In this document: positions 1 through 11,312 of the stretch, one piece after another
Numbering within the stretch: the stretch's first letter is position 1
Layout: each line of letters begins with the position of its first letter
Made by a program: the position numbers and the translations under genes
Assembly (NCBI GenBank): GCA_012026655.1
Contig: JAAILG010000095.1
Location: 62,001-126,000, forward strand
Direction of reading: 5' to 3'
Source of the DNA: Hydrolagus affinis
Lineage: Eukaryota
DNA length: 64,000 nt
The notes under the pieces: model-generated
What the model was told of the DNA's origin: nothing
Databases searched by the model: none
Seen by the model: only the letters and a program-made list of their open reading frames with translations

Positions 1-365
1 GACAAATGCATGGACCAGGGTTTCAGCAGCTTTTGGGGTGAGATATTGGCCGAGATGGGCGATAAGTCGAAGATGGAAGAAAGTGGTGCTGTTGAGGGAC
101 CCGATGTGGTGGAGGAAGGATAATTGGGGGTCGAACCTGTGCCTAAGTTGAGTACAGGTTCGAAGAGTTTTAGGGGCTGGTCGGGTAGGTGGAGGAGGTG
201 AGAACGTGGGATTGAAGACGTTGACGAGAGCCAAAGAGTATGGCTTCTGTCTTGTGAACATTAAGCTAAAGGAAATTTGCGGTCATCCAGCTCTTGATGT
301 CTGACAGACAGGCTGACAGAACATCTTGAGACTGGGGGTCGCAAATTGGGGTGGAAAAGTAGAGT
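1..365 (-). mobile_element. L2 LINE ORF2 (RT C-terminal) fragment
   Basis: The reverse complement aligns by eye with the + strand L2 copy at about 3990-4340 (shared GTTCGACCCCCAA, TACTCTTTGGCTCTCGTCAAC, GCCTGTCNGACATCA). Confidence 0.85.
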
Positions 366-1789
366 CCCGTTTGTCATTTGTTTCACCTTATCTGCAAAAT
401 CATTAGAACAGGTTTATCCCCATATATTTCAGGAAAATCTTCAGCACAGCTCCGCCCAATGTGCACTGGAAATTTCCACTTGTCAGCATATGTCCTCCAG
501 TGATTAAAAAAAAATCCCCTGATGCTATTTGTAGGGACTGACCAGAATAACTTTCACTCTGCTTGTCTCAGGCAGCCTTTTACCAATTACAAGTAACTGG
601 GTACAAGATGCTTGTAGTTCTTGCCTCATAAAAGAAAGTATTTTTTTTTACTATTTAAATCTAACAAGAACACATAGGTTAAATAGCAATTCTCTTCAGG
701 TAAAAGAATACACTAATCCAGTGTGACCTTTTCTACTACTCGTTTTTTTGTCTTCATTGATTCATGGAATAAAATTAGCAACATGTTGAAAAACTGTTGG
801 GCATTTTTGCTGCCGGCTTACATATATCAAACGAATAAGTAGAGACTACCCAAACGTGTTTAATTCAGGATAGCCAGACAGCAAATTTCACTCCATATGT
901 CTCAGACAGATAAAAACTCAGTTCCTCGAGCATTGGTTTGGTAAACTGCATTGTTATTGCCTTAAGCTTCCATGGACTCTTAGACCCCTTCACCAGTATG
1001 CAACCTGCTCAATAACATACCACAGCTCATTCGGTACCTGGGCATTTTGCTAGCAGCTAATATTTTCTTTTGAATATTAATAGAAACTTCAGTACAGGGT
1101 ATATTACTGTCAAAATATCAACTGATCAAAATGGGACTTTACTTCACGTGACATCCTTATAATTTTTTTGCTGATGTTCCATCAAGGTTACACATTTACC
1201 TTAAAGGCTGACAGCTTTTTTTTACACACACACATACGCACTTAGGGTTGTTAGAATATGGAATAGTTTACCACAAATAGTTGTTGAAGCCAAGTCTATA
1301 AGAATATTTAAAAGGTAAATGGATAAGCGAATGAAGGAAAAATATAAATGTAAAGGGTTACTGGTGAAAATAGAAGGGTAGTAGGTTTACAGCAGCCAGT
1401 GACTGATATAGCTCCAGTAATAATGCTAGCACAAGCACAGAACCTCCATATATGCCGAAAACTTTTTATGATTTTTATGCTTAATTTCATTACAATCACA
1501 AACAATAATTCAATAAATATTCCAAATATTTTGCATTTTTTTCTTGACTTCTGAAGCATTCTTTAGGAGATTAATGTACTGCAGTTCTTTGGGAATAATT
1601 GGTATTGTGTGAATTATACATTCCCCAGTGGTTTCTAACTACATTGATTGGAATTTAAAGATTCTGTAGAATTATATCTCTTTTGAAATGTTCTTTTCTT
1701 TCAAACAAATTGGTTGGCGGTGTTGCCTCGGGCACTTTTCTGCATTAAAAAAAGCATTTGCAGCATTTAAAAAAAGCAACAACCAAAAA

Positions 1790-1867
1790 TTCTGATGACC
1801 CTTCGCGACCCTACTGAGAACCCCCGCAACCCTGATTTGGGTCGGGACCCGAGGTTGTGAACCACTG
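1790..1867. mobile_element. hAT-Charlie-like DNA transposon end
   Basis: Repeated (C)GACCC subterminal motifs end in GGTTGTGAACCACTG, followed by CTCTAGCA (a Charlie-type target). It resembles the terminus of the element at 50455-50745. The matching left end is not confirmed. Confidence 0.6.
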
Positions 1868-1894
1868 CTCTAGCAGCATGAGAAGTCTTGTGGT

Positions 1895-2180
1895 TCAGAG
1901 CCCGACTGCACGCAATATTCTAGGTGTGGTCTAATTCGAAAATGACTTGAGCATCACTTCTGGGCATCTCAATTTATCCAATTTAGCAATATAGTCCAAC
2001 ATTCTTGTTTGTCTCATTTATTGCTGCTTTGCACAGTTTTGAATAGTGAAGGATGAGTCAACCAATACGGTCATTCTGTTTCCCTTTTCTATCCAAGTTC
2101 TATCCACGATGAAGTACACTACACATAAACTTCCAGTTTTATTTTTCCAATGCCATAGTTTGTATTTATCTCCATTACAT
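1895..2180 (-). mobile_element. Decayed CR1 LINE ORF2 fragment
   Basis: ACTGCACGCAATATTCTAGGTGTGGTCT is the antisense of the CR1 'RPHLEYCVQ' motif. GTGAAGGATGAGTCAACC corresponds to the 'VDSS' region. Confidence 0.65.
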
Positions 2181-2339
2181 GTTTGAATTATCCTCAGTGT
2201 GAAATAACATTCTTTGTAAACCCCCCACACACCCCCCTTAACTCTTTCAATGAATATTCTATTAGCTTGGCTTAAAGAGTAGCACATTTGTTTATGAATC
2301 AGAATCTGAAGGTTTTGTCCTGTTGTCATTTACCTGTGG

Positions 2340-2445
2340 AAAGTCATCCAGGATTGGAAGTCTGCCAGGCAATCAGTCATATCAGCAGTGGTCTTGGAAT
2401 CAAGGCTAGGGCCAGAGAGATAGAGACAGGTGTCATCCCTGTACT
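2340..2445 (-). mobile_element. L2 RT fragment (YxDD region)
   Basis: Similar to 54735-54845; the antisense strand encodes a degenerate Y-x-D-D-T..YLS. Confidence 0.6.
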
Positions 2446-2496
2446 GTGGCAGCAGTCATGATGTCACTAAGTCCTGTAAGGGAAGAGTCCTACAGT

Positions 2497-2780
2497 TCAG
2501 GGGTTAGAGTACTCTGCTTACACCTGGGACCAAGGCAGGGCGAAACCTTGGGCAAGTTTCCTTACTCCACATATCTGACAATAACCCCTCCAAACAAAAC
2601 AATAATAAATTGGTCATTTCAATCTACAACTATTTGTGGGACACTGCTGTGCGCAATTGGCTGCCGTGTTTCACCCACATATATACAGTATAGTTGATTC
2701 ACTTTACAGTATATTCTGTGAAGCACTTTGAGACATCTAGAAGTCGTGAAAAGTACTATATCAAATGCAAGGATTATTAT
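2497..2780 (+). mobile_element. tRNA-derived Deu-domain SINE (local family A)
   Basis: Head GGCAGGGCGAAACCTTGGGCAAGTTTCC, core TTTGTGGGACACTGCTGTGCGCAATTGGCTGCC and tail TATATCAAATGCAAGGATTATTAT. Many copies occur in the window. Confidence 0.85.
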
Positions 2781-3237
2781 AAATGTGAGTATATAGATGG
2801 TGAAAAGAGGAGAAGCAAGAGGTGAGCCCTGAAAAATATCACATGTAAGAGTAATATAAAATTAGGCTGCCTGTGATTACTATTTCTGGAATTGGCTTCA
2901 GATAGCGTCTTGATACAGATTCAAAATAATAATCCTTACCGTATATTTAATCGAGTTCCTTTTTACGTCAAAAGGGTCTCTCAAAGTGCTTCACAGCATA
3001 TACTGATCTTGACCCAATTCGCACCTTCAAAATAGTTCCAATTTACTGTTGGTTATTTCTTTCATTTTTTAATAGTGAGCTAATGTATTTTTTAAAAATC
3101 AACACTGAACTGTACTATGTATTTTTGTGCTTTTAGATATCACAAGTCGACGATTGTGATATTCCTAATCACATAATTAAGGAAAATTATTAAACTGGTG
3201 TTTGGAAATTTCCCTACTCTAAACTGCTAAATATTGT

Positions 3238-3330
3238 TAACAACAAAAACCACAACTTTCATTTATTCAGCATCTCACACTACTTCACAGGGAAGGTGCT
3301 GGTCACCAAACAGGAAGTGGGGGGTGGGGT
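3238..3330 (-). mobile_element. L2 3' tail fragment
   Basis: A (CAA)n tail followed by a degenerate AAGGTGCTGG..GGGG segment, as at 8777 and 53975. Confidence 0.5.
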
Positions 3331-3434
3331 TGGGCAGAGGGAGCAGCCAGATGAAGGGGCCTATCTTGGTTTCCCACTCAGGAAAGCCTCTGGTCTGGAA
3401 GTACAGCAGCCTTTCAGGAGATATTTCAAAATAT

Positions 3435-3545
3435 ATTATAATAATAATTCCTTGCATTTGATATAGCACCTTTCTTCGAGACATCTCAAAGTACTTCACA
3501 TAATATGTTGCAGTGTGCAACAGTCGTGGATTGAAGTGACCAATC
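3435..3545 (-). mobile_element. SINE family A, 3' part (split from its head by the L2 insertion)
   Basis: ATAATAATTCCTTGCATTTGATATAGCACC...GGATTGAAGTGACC is the antisense of the family A tail and core. Confidence 0.75.
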
Positions 3546-3604
3546 TATTATTTCTTTGATGGAATATTGCCCCCATAATTTATCCCCATAAAAAGCGATT
3601 TGTC

Positions 3605-4878
3605 ACTCGACTAACAACTGCATCCTATGGAAAGTCACAAACGATGTCCTCTCTATCTGCGACCAGGGCTCCCTCTGCCTCTTTATCCTCCTGGACCTGT
3701 TTGCTGCATTCGACACAGTCGACCATACCATCCTCCCCCACCGCCTGTCCTCCGTCACCACCTCAGTGGGACCGCACTCGCCTGGTTCGAGTCCTACCTC
3801 ACAAACCGCCAGCAGTACATCTCCACAAACGGCTTTTCCTCCCGCTCCTACCCAGTTACCTGTGGGGTACCCCAGTGATTCATCCTTGGCCCCCTCCTCT
3901 TCCTTATCTATACGCTCCCTCTTGGGGATATCATCCGCAGACATGGGGCGCACTTCCACATATACGCGGATGAACCCAACTCGATTTCTCCACTTCACTT
4001 TGTGACCTCCAGTCCCTTGATGTTCTGTCAACCTGCCTGTCAGACATCAGGAGCTAGATGAGCACGAACATCCTGCAGCTCAATGTCGACAAGACGGAGG
4101 CCATACTCTTTGGCTCTCGTCAACATCTCCATTCGCACAGTTCTCACCTCCTCCAACTTCCCGGCCTGCCCCTAAAACTCTCCGAACCTGTGCGCAACCT
4201 AGGCATCAGGTTCGACCCCCAACTGTCCTTCCTCCCCCACATCTGGTCCCTCATCAGCACCGACTTCTTCCACCTCCGACGGATCGCCCGTACAGCAATA
4301 CCTCACCCCAAAAGCCACTGAAACTTTAGTCCATGCCTTTATCACCTCTCGGCTGGACTATTGCAATGCCCTCCTCGCCGGTCTCCCCTCCACCACAAAC
4401 CACAAAATCCAGCTAATTCAAAACTCTGCCGCCCGCATACTCACCTGCACCAAGCTTCGCTCCCCCATTACTCCAGTCCTTGCCAGACTTCACTGGCTCC
4501 CTGTCCCTGAGAGGATCGACTTCAAGATCCTCACCCTTGTTTTCAAGTCCCTCCACTCCTCTGCACCCCTCTACCTCTCTGATCTCCTCTCTCCCCAAAC
4601 CAGCACCCACTGCCTTTGCTTCACAGGGTCTGGGCTCCTCCATGTCCCCCGAATCCTCCGCTCCACCTTTGGCGGCCATGCCTTCAGCCACTACGCCCCA
4701 AGGCTCTGGAACTCCCTTCCTCACTTCCTTCACCTCGCCCCCTCTCTTCCCAGTTTCAGGTCACAGTTAAAGACCTTTCTCTTCGACTGCGCGGTCACGG
4801 GATCTGCTATTGTGAAGCGCTCTGAGACACCGTACAGCATGGAGGGCGCTATATAAATCAAAATTGTTGTTGTTGTTA
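3605..4878 (+). mobile_element. 5'-truncated L2 LINE with frameshifted ORF2 RT remnant and (TTG)n tail
   Basis: Translations give [74 protein letters not shown] and LHWLP. It ends in GCGCTATATAAATCAAAATTGTTGTTGTTG. Confidence 0.95.
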
Positions 4879-4880
4879 TT

Positions 4881-4970
4881 TACTGCTAGGTAAACAGAGG
4901 CGTGTAGAGTAAAGACACTTGCCTAACATTTTGCCCTGCTGGGAATCAAACCTAGGTCGCTCACTTCTTG
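4881..4970 (-). mobile_element. SINE family A, 5' head
   Basis: Antisense of the head at 7630-7722 (B-box-like GGTTTGATTCCC, CTGTTTACCTAGCAG). Confidence 0.75.
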
Positions 4971-5699
4971 CTCCACATTGCTTTCAATCCAGGCCAATAA
5001 ATGTAAGCATCTGATTCAAGCATTCTGTGCACGCACGCATTGTCATACCAAAAAACAATATGAATGCTCTTATTGCTTTGTATGAGTGAGTAAATATACA
5101 AACGCACACTGCAATTTTATATGGAATTACATTTAAAAGCTGGATTGTTTGTAGCTTTAAAAAGCACTGAGGTATTCATAGTTTTTTTTCTTGTGTTGCT
5201 AAAATTAGTTCTTTTTAGCAATGGTGATTGCAAGCTTGACAAAGGATAATTGAAAGTCTTTGGTGGCAAGATAATTCCTTGAAACTGACAATGTCTATCT
5301 AAGATTGGCTGGAGGATTCTAATTTAAATTCTGTCAAAGATTTGCAATGGTTACTTTTTCTCTTCATCTCCGATCAATATTATTTAATGCACTAATCTAA
5401 CATGGATAGTCCAGTTAATAAACAAGAGCTTACATCAGGAATACAATATGTGTCTCCTCCGCAGACCACTTTGTGTGTATGTGCAATGATTCTGCACTCA
5501 ATGCACTCTCCTTGAGCTGACTGAAATTGGCTATTTTTCACGGTTGGTTGACCATCGATGGATAACTTCGATTTTTCCCTTGAAAACTGCCTGCTTTTGT
5601 TTCCGTATGAAAATAGGGCTGCTGCCTGTGAAAGCATGTAACCACATAAGACAGCTCTCACTCCCACTGAGGTATCTGCTTAATTCATGTGACATTACA

Positions 5700-6150
5700 A
5701 AATAATAATAATGATCCTTGCATTTGATTTAGTGCCGAGACATCTCAAAGCCTTATCATGTCACTGAGACATGTCAAAGTGCTTTACAGGATATACAGTA
5801 AAGTGTATTTTGTGGGCACAGTAGGGCAGCTAATTGAGCAGCAGTTTTCTCACAAACAGTAATGGAGAGAGTGAGTGATCATTGGTTTTTAATTTGGGGA
5901 GTTGTTGGCCAGAATACCAGGAATAACCCCTTTCTCTTTTCAAATAGTGCCGTGGGATCCTTAACATCCACCTGAAAAGACAGATAGGACCTCAGTTTAA
6001 TGTCTCATTTAATGTCCAAAGGACAACACCTCAAACAATGCAACATATCCTCAGCATTGTATTGGAGTGTCAGTTCAGACTATATAATTCCAAGTCCTGT
6101 CATGGAGCTTGAACCCACAACCTTCTGACTCAGAGGTGAGAGCGCTGCTG
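5700..6150 (-). mobile_element. Near full-length SacSINE1/AmnSINE1-like DeuSINE (family B)
   Basis: The antisense reads CTCTCACCTCTGAGTCAGAAGGTTGTGGGTTCAAG (tRNA-like head), CAGGTGGATGTTAAGGATCCCACGGCACTATTTGAA (central domain) and an L2-like tail. Confidence 0.8.
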
Positions 6151-6164
6151 CTGATATTTTTTGG

Positions 6165-6790
6165 TCAGACCCAAGGCTTGGGGTCCCCAGAATGTGTGTT
6201 GGGGGTCCTGCTGTTGTCTTAACCAGCTAAAACACATAACTTGCATTGATATTACTGTCTGGAAAGCTTTCCCACTGCTTGTCCAGCAACGACCACTTTA
6301 CCCATTCGGGCTTTGGTTTGCTAGGTTAGCAGGAGGTGAATTGAAAGGCTCCCTGCTCCTAGTAACTGGATATCCCTTCCAGTTCCTAATTATGAGCCAG
6401 GTTGGCTGGGCTGTCATCAGCAGTGCCCCCCTGGAATACTGCAGACCCAAGTAGCTCAGGAACCAGACTAGAAACTGCCACAGAGGACTGGCTTGATTCC
6501 AACATTCTGCTACCAAGCACGTCATCATGGAGCCAGTTCAGCTCCAAGGGAACTTTGCGTACCTCCCATCCAAGCAGAATAATCACTGGTTGGATGTTTG
6601 ACATCTGACAAGTGTAGGTTTCAGCCCTCACTAGGTGGAAGGTAGGTAGCAGGAACTATCTGTGAGCTTCCCAGTGGGCATCACATCTAAGCATGAAAAG
6701 GGTGAAAGTATTATAATAATAATGTTGCCACCATTTTCCTGTCCGCAGCTCAACCACGTGTCCCCACCACTGAGCGGAGCTGGAACACTT
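6165..6790. mobile_element. Unclassified interspersed repeat (family X), copy 1
   Basis: Colinear similarity to 22165-22885: AACCAGCTAAAAC, CCTGGAATACT, GCTCAGGAA, GGAGCCAGTTCAGCT, TTTGACATCTGACAAG, GCCCTCAC. Confidence 0.75.
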
Positions 6791-6813
6791 ATTAAAAATG
6801 TTTGTGTAATATA

Positions 6814-7088
6814 CAGGTATCCCGCCCCAACCGTGGCCTCGTCAACCATGAAACTCATGCATCCACGGTTTGCTAAATGTGACGACCCTCGCAAACTGCA
6901 GCGATGCGTTTTACGCATCCGCGATTTAAATCCACGGGTTTCAATTTTCAAGTTTCACTCCTCCAAACAAGGGACCACATTCATCCGTGTATTGGTGTGT
7001 ATTCATCCGCATTTCCTGCCTATCAGCATCTTTACTATCCCACATGGTCTCGCTGCACTCATGGATCTATTTACTCCCCTTATGCCTG
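6814..7088 (+). mobile_element. MER131-like ancient element
   Basis: AACCGTGGCCTCGTCAACC..TTTGCTAAATGTGACGACCCTCGCAAAC..AACAAGGGACCACATTCATCCG matches my recollection of MER131. It is bounded by TA|CAGGTAT and ATGCCTG|TA. Confidence 0.7.
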
Positions 7089-7615
7089 TAACATGAATTT
7101 ATTGTCTCTTCTCCGCAGCCTAGCTCGTAAGTTTGGGAGCATTGGCTGTCAGGATCTGCAGATCTCTCTCTCTGTGTGTAAGTGTATTCATTATTCATTG
7201 CCAATTATCAAAACTTTTTTTAATGTGTATCTGTTCAAGACCTTACTGAATCAATTAAATTTCTTTCAGTAGATCTGCAATGAAATGTTACTGAAACTTA
7301 ATCTACAATAGAAAATTTGAAAACAAACCTGAAAATAAATTGAGCCTTGGGTGTCATGGCCCATGTGTTTACCAATTCAGAGCACATGGAGACGCAATAA
7401 ATAGTCTTCTCTGACAGTAATTATTTGCACATAGGACTTAATGGCATTTGCATTTGTGAGCTTCTTTATCTAAAAAATAGTTGTAAAATATTAATCATGT
7501 CCTCTCTGCAATGCTTGCTTGTTCCCAATTATATGTCGCCAGTGGCAGCACAGAGTGAAAAAAATATTAAAGAACCTTAATACTCAGATCGGAAATTATT
7601 GGAGTCCTGTAACTT

Positions 7616-8146
7616 ACTGGTTAGAGCACTCACCTCACAAGCGAGAGACCTGGGTTTGATTCCCAGCAGGGCGAAGTGTTAGGCAAGTTTCCTTATTCCA
7701 CACACCTGTTTACCTAGCAGAAAGTAGGAACCTGGTTGTTCATCAACTGGTAGGTCACTCAATCTACGTCTGTTTGTGGAACACTGCTGTGCACAATTGA
7801 GTGCCGTGTTTCACCAACAAAGTACAGTAAAAGCCCATTTATCCGGCACCCGATCAACCGTAACTTCTGTATAACTGGCATTGCAAAAAAAAGGTCTGCA
7901 TTCGATTAACCAAAATTTATCCGGAAAAATGCATTGAAAAAAACATTTTTAAAAAATCATTTTTGCGTTTTCGGCCGAATATTCAGCAGGCACTTTAACC
8001 AGCATTGGCCAGGTCCGAGGGTGCCTGATACACGGGCTTTTACTGTATATAATCAATTCACTTTACAGTATATTCTGTGACACGCTTTGAGACATCTTGA
8101 AAACTGATAAGGCATATATCAAATATAATCAAAGGATTATTATTAT
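7616..8146 (+). mobile_element. SINE family A interrupted by a MITE
   Basis: Head with A/B-box-like TGGTTAGAGC and GGTTTGATTCCC, core up to about 7822, and a tail that resumes at 8048. Confidence 0.85.
7825..8045. mobile_element. Tc1/mariner (Tigger/pogo-like) MITE
   Basis: TIRs CAGTAAAAGCCCATTTATCCGGCACCC and GGGTGCCTGATACACGGGCTTTTACTG, with TA on both sides. Confidence 0.9.
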
Positions 8147-8394
8147 TCATCACCGACAATGCTGACTCTTTATGAAATCCCAGTCTGAAATAGCATTCCT
8201 TCTCACCTCGGCATTCCTGGCAGCAGTTTCAGGGAGCTTCATTGTGACAAATGTAAGAGAGAAGGAAAGCATCCAAGAGGTCATCTCAATCATGTGTACA
8301 GGTGCTCAGTTGTTCAGATGGCCTATATACCGCATCATTTAAATGAGGGTTGTGTGGATGTGGAAGAACTAATGGAGTAGACGGAGAGATTCTC

Positions 8395-8452
8395 AAGTGA
8401 GAGGAATACAAAGCAAATGAGAAACTGAAGTGAGAGGAATACAAAGCAAATG
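8395..8452. repeat. 25-bp direct duplication with 8-bp spacer
   Basis: AAGTGAGAGGAATACAAAGCAAATG occurs at 8395-8419 and 8428-8452. Confidence 0.95.
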
Positions 8453-8480
8453 CATTGGAATATGATTAGAAACATCTTCT

Positions 8481-8765
8481 AGCGAGAGACTTGGGTTCAA
8501 TTCCAGGCAGGGACAAATCTTAGGCAAGTTTTCCTTCTCCACAAGCCTAATAATAATCACTCAAAAAAAACCTCAATAATAATTTGGTTATTCAATCTAC
8601 AACTGTTTGTGGGACACTGCTGTGTGCAATTGGCTGCCACATTTTGCCCACAAATATACAGTTAATATACTTCACAGTATATTCTATAAAGTGCTTTAAG
8701 ACGTCTAGAAGATGTGAAAAGGCGCTATATCAAATGCAAAGATTATTATTATAATATTATTTATT
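8481..8765 (+). mobile_element. SINE family A
   Basis: Same head, core and (TTA)n tail as 2497-2780. Confidence 0.85.
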
Positions 8766-8776
8766 ATCTTCACATC

Positions 8777-9300
8777 AGCAACAATAAAATTATATTTGTA
8801 TAGTGCCTTTCACACAAGGAGGACATCCAAGGTGCTGGACAGTTGGTATTTCAGACCCAAGCTGGGGTTGGGATCGGGGAGGGTGGAGGGAAAGGAGGGG
8901 ATTTGGAGTGACTGATCGGACTTTTGCGTAGTTTTAGGAGGGTTTTGAGACAGGACTGAAGAGGGCTAGGGAGGGGACAAGGCAGAGGGACTGCGGGATG
9001 GAATTCCAGGGGTTAGAGGCAGAGTGGCTGAAGGCTCGCCCACCAATGGTGGGGCGGGTGGGTTGGGGGGACATGGAGCAGGCCAGAGCCTGCTGAGTGG
9101 TGGGAGCAGGCAGGTTGGTAGGGGTTTATGAGGTCGCAAAGGTAGGACTTTGAAGGTGAGGACCAGGATCTTGAATTGAATCCTCTGGGTGATGGGGAGC
9201 CAAAGGAGTTGAGCGAGAATGGGGGAAATGGGGTTGCAGAGCCTGGAACAGTGGAGGACATGAGCCACAACGTTCTGGATGATCTGCAGCCTATGCAATA
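8777..9300 (-). mobile_element. L2 3' end
   Basis: The antisense encodes LHRLQIIQN...SPILAQLLWLPITQRIQFKILVLTFK and is followed by the 3' UTR and tail. Confidence 0.9.
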
Positions 9301-10494
9301 ACAAGGCAGTACCAGATGAAAAAAAGAATTTGTAACTATGCAGCTCCTCCCTGAACTAGCTGAGGAACTACTTGTTTTATTACCTATATTTGTCATCTGA
9401 AACTTGATTTTAGTTTTAATTCACTGGACATCTGAGATCATACATGTTATTATTACTATCTATATTATACATATTATGGGATAATATAATAAACCGATTA
9501 GCTGGTTCATGTGAGTCCCCTAATTGATTTAAAAAAAACAATGTTCCTTGAGAAGAAACAATGCAACCTACATTCCCACTGAGAGAATGGGCAACATTAG
9601 CCTCTGTCAATGCCAAAAGAGGTGCAGGCTATAACCCTATCAATGTTCGTGGCCTCCCATTGTCAACTGACCTTGTCTCCAATCAGCGCTGCAGTTAATG
9701 AAGCAGAAACTCACTAATAGGGGAAACCCATGTGTGAATGTTAAGTAATGCTGTGATTTGTGTCTCCCACTTCATGGCTGCAACACATTGAAGTGCAAGA
9801 GACTTTTCAATACAAGAAACCTTCATGGTATAGTAAGACAATTAACTCTGCTTTGCTGAAATCTAGATTATCTTGTTTTTGTTTGCTTAAAGTGCATGAT
9901 TACTAAATCCGCCATTGAAATGTAATGTCAGTTTGAACCCGTGTCAGGGGACTTTGGAACAATAGCAAACAGATCATTGCTAATGAGGCTAATAATGAGA
10001 CCATGAGGCTCCAAATCCCATTTTCTCAATGAGGAAAGTGTTGGGAATCACAAGAGGATAAAGGATCGGTGACATAAGGTATTACAGTCTATAGGGCAAA
10101 TGTCCTGTCTATGGATCATGCCATTGTCTTGGCATCATGATGTACCCATTCATGAATAGCTAAGCAAAACAAAAGTGTTTAAGCAAAAGAGAAAATGCTT
10201 TAGCCTTCAAGCTAAATGTACACATAGATGAGGTGTAGGCACAGTTTTGCTCAATACCTTCTGAGTTCTGTAAGATATTTACAGATCCATTGGAGTATTA
10301 CAATTCCCATCATATCAACATACAAAAGCATTTTTGCAGGTTCTATTTTAATTGTGCATAAGTTACAAGATGACAGCATTGAACTTGCTGTTCATGTCTA
10401 CAAACTGCATTAGATTATGTGGCTATGGTAACATTATTACAGAGCGTTGATTAGTGTTGAGAATGTGGGGTTGTCTATCGCCATGATAATCAAT

Positions 10495-10690
10495 AATAAT
10501 ATAATAATAATCGTTGCATTTGATAAAGCACTTTTCACATCTCTACACATCTCAAAGCACTTCACAGAATATACTGTAAAGTGAATTGATGGTATATTTG
10601 TGGGCGAAACGTGGCAGCCAATTGCACACAGCAGTATCCCACAGTCATGGATTGAAATGACCAATTTTTTTTTAGGGATTATTATAATGA
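10495..10690 (-). mobile_element. SINE family A (core and tail)
   Basis: TTGCATTTGATAAAGCAC..GGCAGCCAATTGCACACAGCAGTATCCCAC. Confidence 0.85.
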
Positions 10691-11014
10691 ATCTGTGGTT
10701 TTTATATGTACCCAACAAAATGGAATCAACAAGATTCTCTTTGATGTTTATCTGGTTTTAATTTATGCATTTACAAATCAACCCACAATGGTACAGATTT
10801 TCAGTACCAATGCAATTCAATAATTGCATTGATTTCTACCTAGTTACACTTCCCACCCTCAGGGCTGCACAGGGCTCTGGCTGCAGTACAAACACATAAC
10901 TTTCCAGACAATTTTGACCTGTAAAGGCACTGTATTTTTATGCGGGAAACAATTAGTCATTTTAATTAGACAATTAATGGTGCAAGTGCATTTGCCGAAG
11001 GCTGAAAGAACATA

Positions 11015-11150
11015 TAACAATAATAAACCTTGTATTTGATGCAGCTTTTCATTTTGCCAGGACATCTCAAGCTTTTTACAGGATTTATTGTAAGTGTATT
11101 GACTGAATTTTCTAGGCGTGCACCACAAATAGCCATGAACAATAACAATT
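11015..11150 (-). mobile_element. SINE family A tail, decayed
   Basis: AATAATAAACCTTGTATTTGAT..GGACATCTCAAG. Confidence 0.55.
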
Positions 11151-11312
11151 TTGGGGGGGCAGCCGGATGTCTGACACGTCACCATGTTTAAGAGTATTCA
11201 AACCAAGCTGAGATTTCCATGCATCCCACCTACACTTTAGAAGTCCAGAGACAGATTGTTGCAATCGAATGCACACTCTCTCCCTGGAGGGATGCAACCT
11301 GCTTACCTAATA

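Noticed and set aside
1308-1559. Hydrophobic minus-strand ORFs resembling a membrane or GPI tail
   Set aside because: Explained by AT-rich composition; the alternative frame has in-frame stops and there is no good splice acceptor.
1626-1640. Possible left TIR (CAGTGGTTTCTAAC) for the hAT end at 1867
   Set aside because: The flanking 8-mers do not match, so there is no TSD.
7616-7675. tRNA-like A/B boxes
   Set aside because: This is a SINE head with no cloverleaf, and it continues into the SINE core.
8395-8452. CRISPR-like repeat-spacer-repeat
   Set aside because: Only two repeats with an 8-bp spacer, in a eukaryotic context with no cas genes.
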